Below, in pieces: positions 25,836 to 36,217 of a DNA stretch of 64,000 nucleotides. Source of the DNA: Lingula anatina. Taxonomy: Eukaryota > Animalia > Brachiopoda. Below the pieces are notes generated by a model. That model worked only from the letters and a program-made list of their open reading frames with translations. It was not told the DNA's origin and searched no databases. The stretch spans positions 40,898,788-40,962,787 of the forward strand of contig CM120640.1 in the NCBI GenBank assembly GCA_051362555.1, in the 5' to 3' direction. A program made the translations under genes and the position numbers. The first letter of the stretch is position 1, and each line of letters opens with the position of its first letter.

Positions 25836-27298
25836 ATGTTATTCATTTCTTGAGTATATTCTTTGAAGTATATATGGATTTATGTTTCCACTATTTCCAG
25901 TTGAAGATGTCAGGGCAGCAGAATCAAGGGTAGGATCTTTGAATTCCTTGTAGATCACAAACATGTACTCATAAAAATAATAGTGTAATTTAGTTTCTGG
26001 AACCATAAATGATGCAAACAATATGATTGTCATGCTGATATGTTGATATTACCTTCAATTGCATAGTTATAATAATAATAATTTGTTCCATGTCATTTCT
26101 TTCCCGGTGCCAAGACCAATAAACATGTACAGTATTAAGATGTGTCTCAGTTACAAATACTTTTCTCTTTAAGGTTGACAAGCCAACTTGTCCAGCTTGC
26201 AGTATCAGCCAAGCAGTGTCTGTTATGAAAATGTTCTGCAATCATGAAAAAGGTGGGTATGAAGCATTTGTGTGCTTAATTTAAATAGAAGTCCAGGTGT
26301 AATACTAATAAATGGAAAGTGCTGATGGTGGTCTCTGTTTTATTTTAAACAGACAATATTAGGGACATCTATGCTATCTTTTAAGTTTTTAATGATAACT
26401 AATTTTTCTAATAAAATCTAGTATTTTGAACAAATTAACTGTAAGGTTTAAAATCTGCATTTTTCCCATTGATGTTAAATGATACATGCTAAGTTTGTTT
26501 GTGTACTGAAAAAGGTAAACTTTTAAACTTGCGTGAATTTTATGTATTTTGTTTTTTGTTTCTGATAGTTCTACAGCCTATATTTCTTTTTCTCTCTTTT
26601 TGCTGTAAAGGTAAAGATAGGGAAAAATCATTGTGTACAGTAATCATTTTAGGTCTTTTAACATTATGATATTTCACAACTATTTGAATTTTAGCTTACA
26701 AAATAAGAATCCGTAACAGTGACAAGTACCCATTGAAAATCAAAGCAGATTTGCGTCCAGTGGTGAAGGAAAGACTTGACATCTTTGCAACATACAACAT
26801 GACTAGATCAGACTGTTACTGTCCATTATTGAAAGAAAGTAAGATTTTTTTTTGTGTAATTTTCATTTTAAAACTTTTTGTGATTACCTCATAAAAGTAC
26901 AGCATTTAATGTAATTGTTATACTTTTGTGAGCAACATAAATTTAGCAGCTTATGTATGTCATTTCAAGTATATTGTAATAAGCAGTCTGTAAGGGAAAT
27001 TGTGATTGCATTAAGTGCTAAAGAAACTTTAATTAATTAATTAATTAAATTATTTATTTATAAAACATTATGTGTGAACAAGCAAATATTTATCTGCATT
27101 TTAATTCATGTAAGCAAATTAATATTTGTTTCAGAGCATGGTACCAGACTTCTTATTCTGGCTAGTGGAGAACAGTTGTCTAGAGATGGAGAAATCAATG
27201 GCCATCTTGTCCTGGATGGACGCTCTGTTGTACTTCATCTTACTCATGATCTGGAGAAGAAACTGTACCGAGCCAAAAAGAGGTTAGACTGCAAGTAA
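5079..27298 (+). CDS. A2M: Alpha-2-macroglobulin-type thioester-containing protein, ~38 coding exons per isoform, with C-terminal NTR-like extension
   Basis: Signal-peptide exon 5079-5143 ([20 protein letters not shown]), then phase-consistent GT-AG exons starting at 6526, 7037 ([12 protein letters not shown]), 7392, 7670, 7947, 10162 (VLPKYEV), 11346 (YTYGKPVKG), 11627, 12297, 12766, 13288, 13721, 14272, 14831 (AVDKSV), 15273, 15674, 17527, 18270 or 18657 (FPETWLW), 19629 (PHTVTEW..AFC, FQPFFV..LPYSV), 20089, 20520, 20781, 21138, 21593 (PYGCGEQNM), 22116 ([16 protein letters not shown]), 22651, 23155 (GGFSSTQ), 23557 (DTVVAIQAL), 24261, 24543 (SNM), 24814, 25046 (VYDYY), 25343, 25901, 26174, 26695, 27135; TAA 27296-27298. 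Cys positions (EICA, AFC, FCP, GCF, GTGC) are A2M-like rather than C3/CD109-like. Confidence 0.95.
10989..11140. repeat. Compound microsatellite (AAT)n-(ATGT)n
   Basis: Seen directly, in an A2M intron. Confidence 0.95.
15842..17331 (+). mobile_element. Helentron-associated non-autonomous element (HINE/DINE-like) with internal tandem repeats
   Basis: 5' subTIR ATGTACAGACA (15847) with adjacent inverted copy (15864), GTC/GAT-type simple-repeat patch, internal ~190-bp and ~300-320-bp tandem units (16499/16818/17118), 3' subTIR TGTCTGTACAT (17299), short stem-loop cagc-ttt-gctg, T-rich ends, no TSD. Confidence 0.75.
18189..18226. repeat. (CA)n microsatellite upstream of bait exon A
   Basis: Seen directly. 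Confidence 0.95.
18270..18435 (+). CDS. A2M: A2M bait-region alternative exon A
   Basis: tag|GA...GG|gtgag, 166 nt, phase 1 to 2: [56 protein letters not shown]. Confidence 0.9.
18657..18828 (+). CDS. A2M: A2M bait-region alternative exon B (absent from ORF track)
   Basis: ctaac branch point, tag|GT...GG|gtgag, 172 nt, phase 1 to 2, no stops: [58 protein letters not shown]. Confidence 0.88.
18959..19024. repeat. (AT)n microsatellite downstream of bait exon B
   Basis: Seen directly. Confidence 0.95.
21360..21429. repeat. (CA)n microsatellite
   Basis: Seen directly. Confidence 0.95.
21649..21663 (+). other. Thioester motif GCGEQ codons
   Basis: ggc tgt gga gaa cag within [10 protein letters not shown]. 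Confidence 0.97.
21836..21929. repeat. 47-bp tandem duplication
   Basis: tggaagagagcaaa..ggtcacttggtgatttttctggtgatc twice (21836, 21883). Confidence 0.9.
25790..25833. repeat. (TAT)n microsatellite
   Basis: Seen directly. Confidence 0.95.
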
Positions 27299-28488
27299 TT
27301 GTCTCCTGGTCTGTTGCAGTCTTTGAAGACATTTTTTTTAGATTCTCCTCGGTCTAAGTAGAATATTACCACAGTCACAAGGAATACAAGTTGTAGATCA
27401 TGCACCTTTTATGATTACGTTTCTGCAACAATAATGTAAAGTACAGTATAAAGTACAGAATCACCAATGCCATAAAATGTGAATGAACAAAAAAGATGTT
27501 TAAGCATTTATGACAGTTGTAGCAACAAAGTTTGATTATACATCAGACAATCATTATTGTAACTTTGATTTCGATAATATTTTAAAAATGTTTTATATAA
27601 TGTTGGACTTTAAAATTTAGTTCTATTATAAAAAATCTTTGTATATTTTTATTTTACAGCCAGGTACTTTTTAAAAATGAACTTTAAAATATTGCTTTTT
27701 GGTTCTTTTTATGCATTTACTTTGATCTTATAGACTAAGTCCATAATCTGTACTGTTGCAGTTACAGTTGCCAGCATATATTTGTGGAGTGGTGCTTTTA
27801 GTGTATAAACTTTTTTATACTTCCAGCAACTGTGTAATTTTGGCTGGCAAGACGTAATGAACTTTTGTGTGAAAGTTTTTTTGCAGTTTTACTGCTAAAT
27901 AAATAATAAAATGAACTTTTTACATCAAATGGCTTTTTACAGTTTGATTTACAACACGTACCATAGTAGTTAGTATACATATTCTTTTGGTACTAGTGCA
28001 AAGAAATGGTGTTTGTACTGGCACTTTTGCTTTGTGATCTGATTGTTAAGGGGTATAATCAAGTTTTACTCACCTTTAATAACATTTGTATTTTGGCCAA
28101 GTACAAATGTCAAGATATTACTTTGTTCTAAATACAGGGTTTGTATTTGTGTTAACTAGTTACACCATCTTTGTGGCATCCATTTAATGCAAAGATAAAA
28201 TTATTGATAAAGGCATTTTCTCTAGGGTGAGACACAAAAGGGCGTATAACAAAATTATTTTATGAATGTCTCATCTTTATGCACATGTAGCAATAAATGG
28301 ACTTTTTAAAGACCATGCCTAGAACTGACATTAAAATCATGGTTGAAATGAAATGTGTTTATTCTTCCTGATGCAAATGCATATGCAGTACTGGTATATT
28401 TTGTTAATGATGAAATTTTATAGTACTTTGAATGTTGTTTCAACACTTTAATGGCTAAAGTTATGAAAAATGGACTAGTCTAGCAAAA

Positions 28489-28562
28489 AGGCCCTACTGG
28501 GATTCGAACCCAGGATCTCCTGTTTACTAGACAGGCGCTTTAACCAACTAAGCCATAGAGCC
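28489..28562 (-). tRNA. tRNA-Thr(AGT)
   Basis: Exact reverse complement of the 29000-29073 copy; cloverleaf, A and B boxes, followed by a T-run terminator. Confidence 0.97.
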
Positions 28563-28999
28563 GCTGATGGTCGCAGGGCACAATTTAAAACTTTTATTCG
28601 TGTTTGGTACATACATCGTACCAATGAGTTGGTATTTTTTCATTGGTTTTATTTTGACATTATTTCATACGAAAAGCTACTACATCATTTGTTTATTTAT
28701 CCTTAATTCGAATTTATTGAGGTCTCAACAGAGCGAAGTGAGGTAAAGTCCTTACTGTGCTCGCATACAATGAGTGCGCATGCTCATAGGTCACAGGGGG
28801 GTCATAGAGTAAAAATAGCAAGGTGATTGAGTCCTATCCGTCACATTAAAATTACAATAGCACAGATTAGACGAATTTGCCCAACAAAACAACCAAATGT
28901 TAGAAATTAAGCGTTAGAAATTGCTGTATTGTACAAAGCAGACCTTAAACGTTAAACATATACAAGATATCTTTAAAATCTTCCTCCTGCTGACGTAAC

Positions 29000-29073
29000 G
29001 GCTCTATGGCTTAGTTGGTTAAAGCGCCTGTCTAGTAAACAGGAGATCCTGGGTTCGAATCCCAGTAGGGCCT
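29000..29073 (+). tRNA. tRNA-Thr(AGT)
   Basis: GGCTCTA/TAGGGCC acceptor stem, anticodon arm CCTGT-CTAGTAA-ACAGG, T-arm CTGGG-TTCGAAT-CCCAG, TTTT terminator. Confidence 0.97.
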
Positions 29074-29879
29074 TTTTGGCAAACTCGATGTTTTATTTTC
29101 GTTTTCATTGCAAAAATAAGGTTTCGTTGCACGTAAAATCATGTTGCATGCGCAGTGCTCCAAACGTACGAAGATTTAAGGAGTGCAATATAAGTAGGGT
29201 GAATAACTTTTGGTGCTTCTCATTTCTTTGAAGTGCAAGATATGCCAGTTGGGGTATGAACAGTATAAATTTCTCCAAATTATAAGAGTAAATACATGAA
29301 AATGCCATGAATTAATATCACCAAAATAATCAAACACCTCTTGGTTATTCTTAATACCTGTCTCCCATTTTGACACAGATTTGAAAGATAAGCAGGCTGA
29401 CAACTTGGAAGTCAATGCTCAAAATGATGGTGGAAAAAAAAAGAAAAAGTAAAACACACTCAAGTTGATGTGTGGGTTAAATTTTTTTAATATCCTTAAA
29501 TTGCTACAGAATAATGGTAAATAATGGAGGATCTAAGACTGGTCAGTTGTAGAAAAACACTGTCTACCCCAAGAATTTTAGTAAATATGCTGAGCACATT
29601 TATTTATAAATTGAATTTGCAGAGGGGTGAATGAAAAATTCTGTCAATTTTGCACATACCTCCGAATTCTTCATGCACAATAAATCAAATGAAGAAATGA
29701 AAAGTGGGACCTTAGTATATCTTCACTTTATATCATTTTACAGTAAAAATAAATTATTTTTGACTACACACTCATTTTCTTTAAAAATAACATAAATTAG
29801 TTAACATCTTAGAGATTTTTACATAAAAATTATAATCTTAATAAAATATATTGCACATTTCAACTTCAGACATGTCTTA

Positions 29880-32800
29880 TCATTTGTTCATGGCAGTGAG
29901 CCGTCTTGCAAGCACATTTCTCAGCTCATCAGACATATTAGCACCTTTCACTTCAGAAGACACAGGGGAAGGACCCGTATTCTGCCTAACAGATGAGCTG
30001 CTTTCCTGTGTTGCAATGTGGGTCATTGGTTTCACTTTCAGCTGTACCCCACATTTTGTCTGCAGTTTAGAGGGTAAGTTATATGATTTTGCTGGAGGTG
30101 TGGATGGCCTTGATGACTGTGGGGGCGTGGATGACCGCGTGGGTGTGGAGGGCCGTGGGGAAGAAGTAGGCTTAGGAGGTGTAACAGGTCTGAGTGTTGG
30201 TGGTGTTGAAGGTCGCACTGGTGGTTTTTTCAAATCTTTAGAGGATTTGTTTTCAACATTTTTACTTGGAATTGTTGGTCTCTTTCGTATATTTGACTTC
30301 AAAGATATTCCTTCCGTTCCTGATGTGGTTTGCTTTGTTTTTTTAACACCAATAAGCTGACTTTTCTGGCCACTTCCACTTTCTGTTACTGTGGATGACA
30401 GAGGACTTGAAGACCTGGCACGAGATTCATTATTACTTTGACTAGAGACCCTTGAAGAATGTGTCACTGCTGTCACCTCTTTTATGTAAGATTCAGGAGC
30501 CCAGCCTTCATTCCCTTCAATGCTGACATACCACCAGCCAGTAGAATGTTTTTGTAATACCTACAATGAATATAAAAAAGGATAAATATTGGAGTATATG
30601 ACTGAAATCTATACCAAGTCAATGCAAATCTAAATGAATAATTCCAATTTTCAGTTTGATAAAAAATCACATAATTATAAGACATTACAAGACAACATTC
30701 TGAAACATTCTGAAACAACATTCTGAAAAGGAACTACAAATAACACTAACATATAGTACATACCTGCACAATAGCATCCTGTTTGAATGAGAGCCCATCT
30801 CCTGCACTATCTGTAAAATCTGCTATTGTGACGTACTGCTTTTTAACTGGTGGTAATGTTGGAGGTCTGGCAGGCTTTTTCTTGGCCTAAAATGATATAA
30901 TCTGATACCTAAAATATATTTTATGATGGCATACCAACTTACCATTAAATATTTTAATAAACTGTCATTGATCTAATTACCAATTAATCAATGTGTTTAC
31001 TTTATATCATATACTTGGGTAGTTAATGGCCACATTCACAACCAAAGTTGATCCGCAGACTACCGGATTAAATATGGCCAACCCCTTGAAAGCTATTCAG
31101 TGTCTATTAGGATTGCAAGTGGGTTGACAGTATTTCATCTGCAGATCAACTTGTTCTGCTGAACACCCCAATGATGTTGTTTCTGTGAAGCTACTTTTAT
31201 TTACGACAATAGAGACAGGGGCCTAACTGGAGATAAATGGTGGTATGCATAGCCTACAGTTTGCAAAAATCAAATTAAAATTGATGGATATCCAAAAAGT
31301 AAGTAATGTGGAAGCTGGCGTGTAAACTGAGGCTTACCTTTATTACAAATGCTCTTCTAGGTGGAGGTTTGAATTTAGCAATAATGTCAGCATTACCATA
31401 TATGTCCTCCTCAAGATTTGATGCTGTGTATTGTGATTTGAAGTTGGCTGAACTCGTAGGGTTAGTGATAAGGTCACTCACCTGCAACAAAAATCACTGG
31501 TACAATAAATTTCATGATTATCTATACTGTTTAACATCATTTACAAGTACACTGTAACAAAAATTGAAAAAAAAAGTAAAACATTTTCATAATAATTAAT
31601 TAATTTTTTGGTTTCAGAAGGTCAAATTGACCTCAAGCCCCTTTAACAATTTACAGACATACTTCACTCATTCTTCCAATAACCTGGACTGGAGAAATGG
31701 GATTGGAACTGACTAGTTTTTTCCTCACAACAGTTGAAACCCTTTTTAGGCATGCAGCAGGACCCCAACCGTCTCTGTTTTTGCACCTGATAGTTAGGAA
31801 AATGACGTTGATAAAATATATTAAATACATGCATACCATTCAGGATAAAGTTATTTTATTGATAATTTTACACATTTGTAACACAATCTTGGTAACTGCT
31901 TTTTCAACATGTCATGAAACCATGAAAAAGTAATATCATAATTTTACATAATTACAAATACAAACAATATTTATTTTCATATTCCTAATATATGCCAATG
32001 TAATCCAGATACACTAAATATCAAATCCAAGTTTACCTTAGTTTCCACCAACCATCTAAACTTTTTTCTGTAACATCCACTATCATTCCTTTCTCTAAAT
32101 CCAACTCATCTGAGTTTTGTGCTTTGTAGGGTTGAATGACTAGATATTTCTCTGTAGGTGCATGCAAAAAAATAAAACCATACTTCAAGATATAAGGTCA
32201 GCATTAATAAGCTGAAAATTTTGCAATTCTGTTCCTTCATTTTTCATCTATTCTTTTCATAATGCATTGTAACAAAAATTGAAGTTTAGATGAAATATGA
32301 GAGAAATGTTTGTAATCTTTACCAGTATCTTAATGCAAATAATGTGAACAATGACTATGTATATCCTACTATTTAATGGATAAGAAGCTTTTAGACAAGT
32401 TTACTGTCCCTCACATAATGTATTCTACAGTTTTTGGATTTATCATATGCATAGAACAAGAAATTCCATATGCTACTAAATCTTTTTAATAATTGTGACA
32501 TGTAATTTAGCATATAATATAATCCTTGTTATAAGTTTTTGAAATAATTTTTTTTTGGTCTCAGTTAAATCAATTTAATATTAAACTTGGGTAATTATAA
32601 ATTTTGTCAACATACCAACTCCTGCTTTCATTTTAACAGTAAGTTCATCTTTCTTGCCATCCACTCTTTCTAGAAATGAAGCAGGCACCCATCCTTGCTC
32701 ATCATTAACACTCACTAGCCACCAGCCTGAAATTAGTAAACATCATTATAAATACTTGGTCTGTTAATTTTTCAAATGGAACACTAACTGTGACATCTTC

Positions 32801-34697
32801 TTCTGTTGGCACTGTATGGACATGTAATTTGGTAACAGCAGTATAATGAAGTGATAATACATATTAAATGGTGCACTGAAAATAAAAACACTACAGGAAG
32901 TGCTTGTACACTTGTTCAGGCCTTATAAATGGATTGGTGTTTGCTAACTCCAGCCTCAGATTTGTGGGCACAAATGCCCAAATTAACGGCTTTAGACACA
33001 AATAAAGTACCCTAAAATCAAATTACTTTTGAATTGGTTTATTCGAGATGCCTTACCACTGCTGTTCTTCTCTATCACCTCGACACAAGCCCCTGCTGTC
33101 AGGCTTACTTCATTCCTCTGCTGTTTCTCATAATCTGCTATAGACACATATTGTTCAAGCTGTAATGGCTCAGATATTGCATCCGCTTTTTGATCTTCTT
33201 TCTTATCTCTGAAAAATTATCACATTTGATAATTAAACATTTAAACTGATGATAAGTTTTCAAGAATTTTGAAATAGACAGCATATACCTCATCACTATA
33301 CCTTGCGCTATGCAGTGAATAGTGCCTCACTATTTACTTCATCCTAGAACAATGAACTAAACAAATGAAGAAATACAAGAAACTTACTGTGATACTGGTG
33401 CTGTCACATCATCAGGCTTTGTTTCAAAAAAGTTCAAAACTTCTTCTTTTTCTGAGATGTGTTGTGGAAGAAGGATAAGTTTCTGCAATATCAAACACTG
33501 TTTAGATGTCTGTCATACACCATGCAGATAAATAGATATAGATGTAAAATTACATAACTTATGACTTTCTGATTTAATGTGAAACTTACTTTACAATATT
33601 CATTTATGGCCTTGCATCTTTCTAAGGCGACCTGTCGTATATGACTTCTACCAAACAGAATTTTTCCTGGAAAGAAAAAAAAGTTGTCTTTATCCCAACT
33701 TATACAAACAGACAATGGACCCCAATTTTTAAGTTTTCTATACAACTCACACTTAAATCAATCTATAATATTTCCATGCTAGCTCTTTAGATAACAATTT
33801 CTTTGTAATCTAATACTTTGGACAAGTAGATCATAGTATATCATATCATGCAATGTACACCCTCCAAATAATAATAATAACAATATTCAAAATAATTCTA
33901 CAGAAAAGAGTTAAATATTTTGGTCAACACAAAAAAGCAAAAAGCTAATTATTTTAATTTACCAGGTAGAAATGGAATGATCCTGTCAGAAGGGTTGTCT
34001 TCTCCACCTTCTTTTGGAAAGTTATTTAGGAGTTTACTCTATAATAATAAAAATAATAACTAATTTTTTTTTTGTTTTATTTCATAAAAAGGGCTAACAC
34101 ATCAAGATAGTTAAATGCATGTACTATGGAATTTAATATGAAATGTCCAATGACTCACATCACTAAAATGTTCAACTTACCTCTATAGTATGGTTACATT
34201 GGTACGTTAGTAAACGTAAGATATATCCCATACATGTACCTGCAGTTTGAAGAACTGGCTATATCTTCTGTAAATGATTCCTACAGACTGATCCGACCAA
34301 GTGACTTTTATAATATACACCTAAAACATTTAATCAAATAAATAGTTCAATTATTTTGACCTAGGATAGAAAGTTTTCAATGATCAATCTTGTCAAGCCT
34401 TCAAGGTACAAAATATAATTTACGCCTCAATTTAATTTGTTTTAATTTGTACCCGGTACATTTTTTTTTACCAACTTAACAGCTAATGGATTATTCAAAA
34501 TACTCTACTTTAATGTAAATATAATGACAATGCTACGAGTAATTTAGCTGTAAACCTTGCTAGTAGTAACTTGCATAAATTCTGAATTTTTACAGTAAGT
34601 TCATCCACGGTGTAGCTTCACTTACGTAGTATTTACTGGGATATCTTCTCTTTTCGACTTCTTCAACATCAACTTGCACCACTGTCCTTTTACACAT
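29880..34697 (-). CDS. SH3PXD2: PX + three SH3 domain adaptor (Tks4/Tks5, SH3PXD2 / p47phox organizer family) with Pro/Ser-rich tail, ~12 exons
   Basis: Spliced translation: MCKRTVVQVDVEEVEKRRYPSKYY / VYIIKVTWSD..IYRRYSQFFKLQ / ..FPKEGG..RIIPFLP / GKILFGRSHIRQVA / ..NFFETKPDD (Tks-type PX); SH3 motifs GWWLV..GWVPASFL, LDGWW..GWGPAACL, GWWYV..EGWAPESYI; last exon 30560-29880 ends RRLTAMNK*. Confidence 0.92.
31028..31169. mobile_element. Short fold-back MITE-like element, same family as 54098-54387
   Basis: Arms aagttgatccgcaga / tctgcagatcaactt (14/15 complementary); shares aaatatggccaacccc..ttgaaagc with the 54 kb element. Confidence 0.65.
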
Positions 34698-34920
34698 ATT
34701 TCTCTTGGTTTGTGAAAGAAGTATAGCTTGCTAGTGAACACCCACAGGCGACTGAAGTCGTGAACAGGAAACCACCTGACTCACCAACTACAACCTAATT
34801 TTTGTTGTGTGTATTCTTTTCTGGGTCACGATATCCCCACGTGACTAATGACGTAAAACCCTATTGTAGAAAGTGGTGGATGTGAAAAGTTGATACAGTG
34901 AACGTCCAGGTTTACCGGTA
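34698..34920. promoter_or_regulatory. Putative bidirectional promoter of SH3PXD2-like and prominin
   Basis: Head-to-head genes; CpG-richer patch with AP-1 TGACTCA (34777), E-box CACGTG (34838), CRE-like TGACGTAA (34849); donor G|GTAAGA at 34918 fits a non-coding first exon of prominin. Confidence 0.5.
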
Positions 34921-35201
34921 AGATTTTTAGGTAAAATACTGATTGACTAAACTGTAACAATGTTGGAAGGTGGCGTAATTATTGATATGATAGTTTAAGT
35001 TTACATTACTATGATATTCGGTACAACAAAAGCTGTCAAAGCCGATCTGAATTTGGGTCGACGGTCTCCACTGAGCAACAACTTGCAAGGCTATGGATCA
35101 GTGAGTGGCCAATCGGGTTTTCAGATATTATCAAATCTAAAGGTTTGAATTGAAATAAAGACCTTCGCAGAACCAAGTATACATAAGTAGATTATCTATT
35201 T

Positions 35202-35232
<31 letters not shown>

Positions 35233-36217
35233 TGTTCTTGAACTAACGAAACATTAATGAAGATTTCATTAAAGCAGTCACCAGCTCACCAAGATTGTCA
35301 ATAACCAAGACAGTTTCTTTTTGATTACTTTTGTTTTAAATAAATTATCATTATAGCTTTTGATAAATGTTATAAGGAAAAAATGTAGTTTTATTTCAGT
35401 GTGGTAAATAAATATATTCACTCTAAATATGGAAGCTAGAAGTTGACAATTTGTGTGTCATTTCTTGTCCCTGCCCCCTTTTCACATGTAATTTTGTCAG
35501 AAGATATAGGCCAGTAAGCAGCCGTTTCAAAGGGGGTTCCTTCTTCTGAAAAACTGGAGTTTTTTTCTCACTTAGTAGACCCAAGCTTGCTTTGCATAGC
35601 ACATGTTTTAGTATTAAAGTAAAATAAAATAATTGTTTTCACCACCACAACAGCCGTGGATATACTTGCACATTTGAGGTATAGCTTTTAGCACTTGTAA
35701 ACCATCTTGTGCGTGATCTTGTAACTAAATGTTACTGTAAATGGCATTATAAGGTAAATTGCCTTGATTCTGTGTTGCTATGGCCATCAATTCCAGTTCA
35801 GTAGACAATCTGTTAAAACCACATAATGCTCTGAGATCAATAATTCTTTATTGCCTGGTAACCCACTTCTCTTGATGTAAAAGCAATATCTGTGATTGCA
35901 GTAATGAGAAAAGGATATGGTAATGTGACTTAATGATGGAAGGTAGTATGTAATGTGAATATACACATATTTTAGATTAATTATTACACTGATATACTAC
36001 ATGTAGTACTTATCGTGATGATCCATTACTTGTAAGTATTATAGAACATGATTTTTGATGTATTTAGTTGACTAACCTAGCAAATGTTATCTTTAAAATA
36101 TGATTTATTATTGTATTTTAGGATTTCAAGATGTGGACCTAAGTAATCAAGTAGTTACCACATTTTAAAAACACATTCCAAAGCTCAATCTGTGATAGAA
36201 ATAAAACACATTCCAAT

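Noticed and set aside
28700-28860. GC-richer segment between the tRNAs as a vault RNA or other Pol III RNA
   Set aside because: No A/B box pair with terminal stem and T-run; more likely a repeat fragment.
29851-30360. 169-aa plus-strand ORF
   Set aside because: Antisense to the Pro/Ser-rich last exon of the SH3PXD2-like gene.
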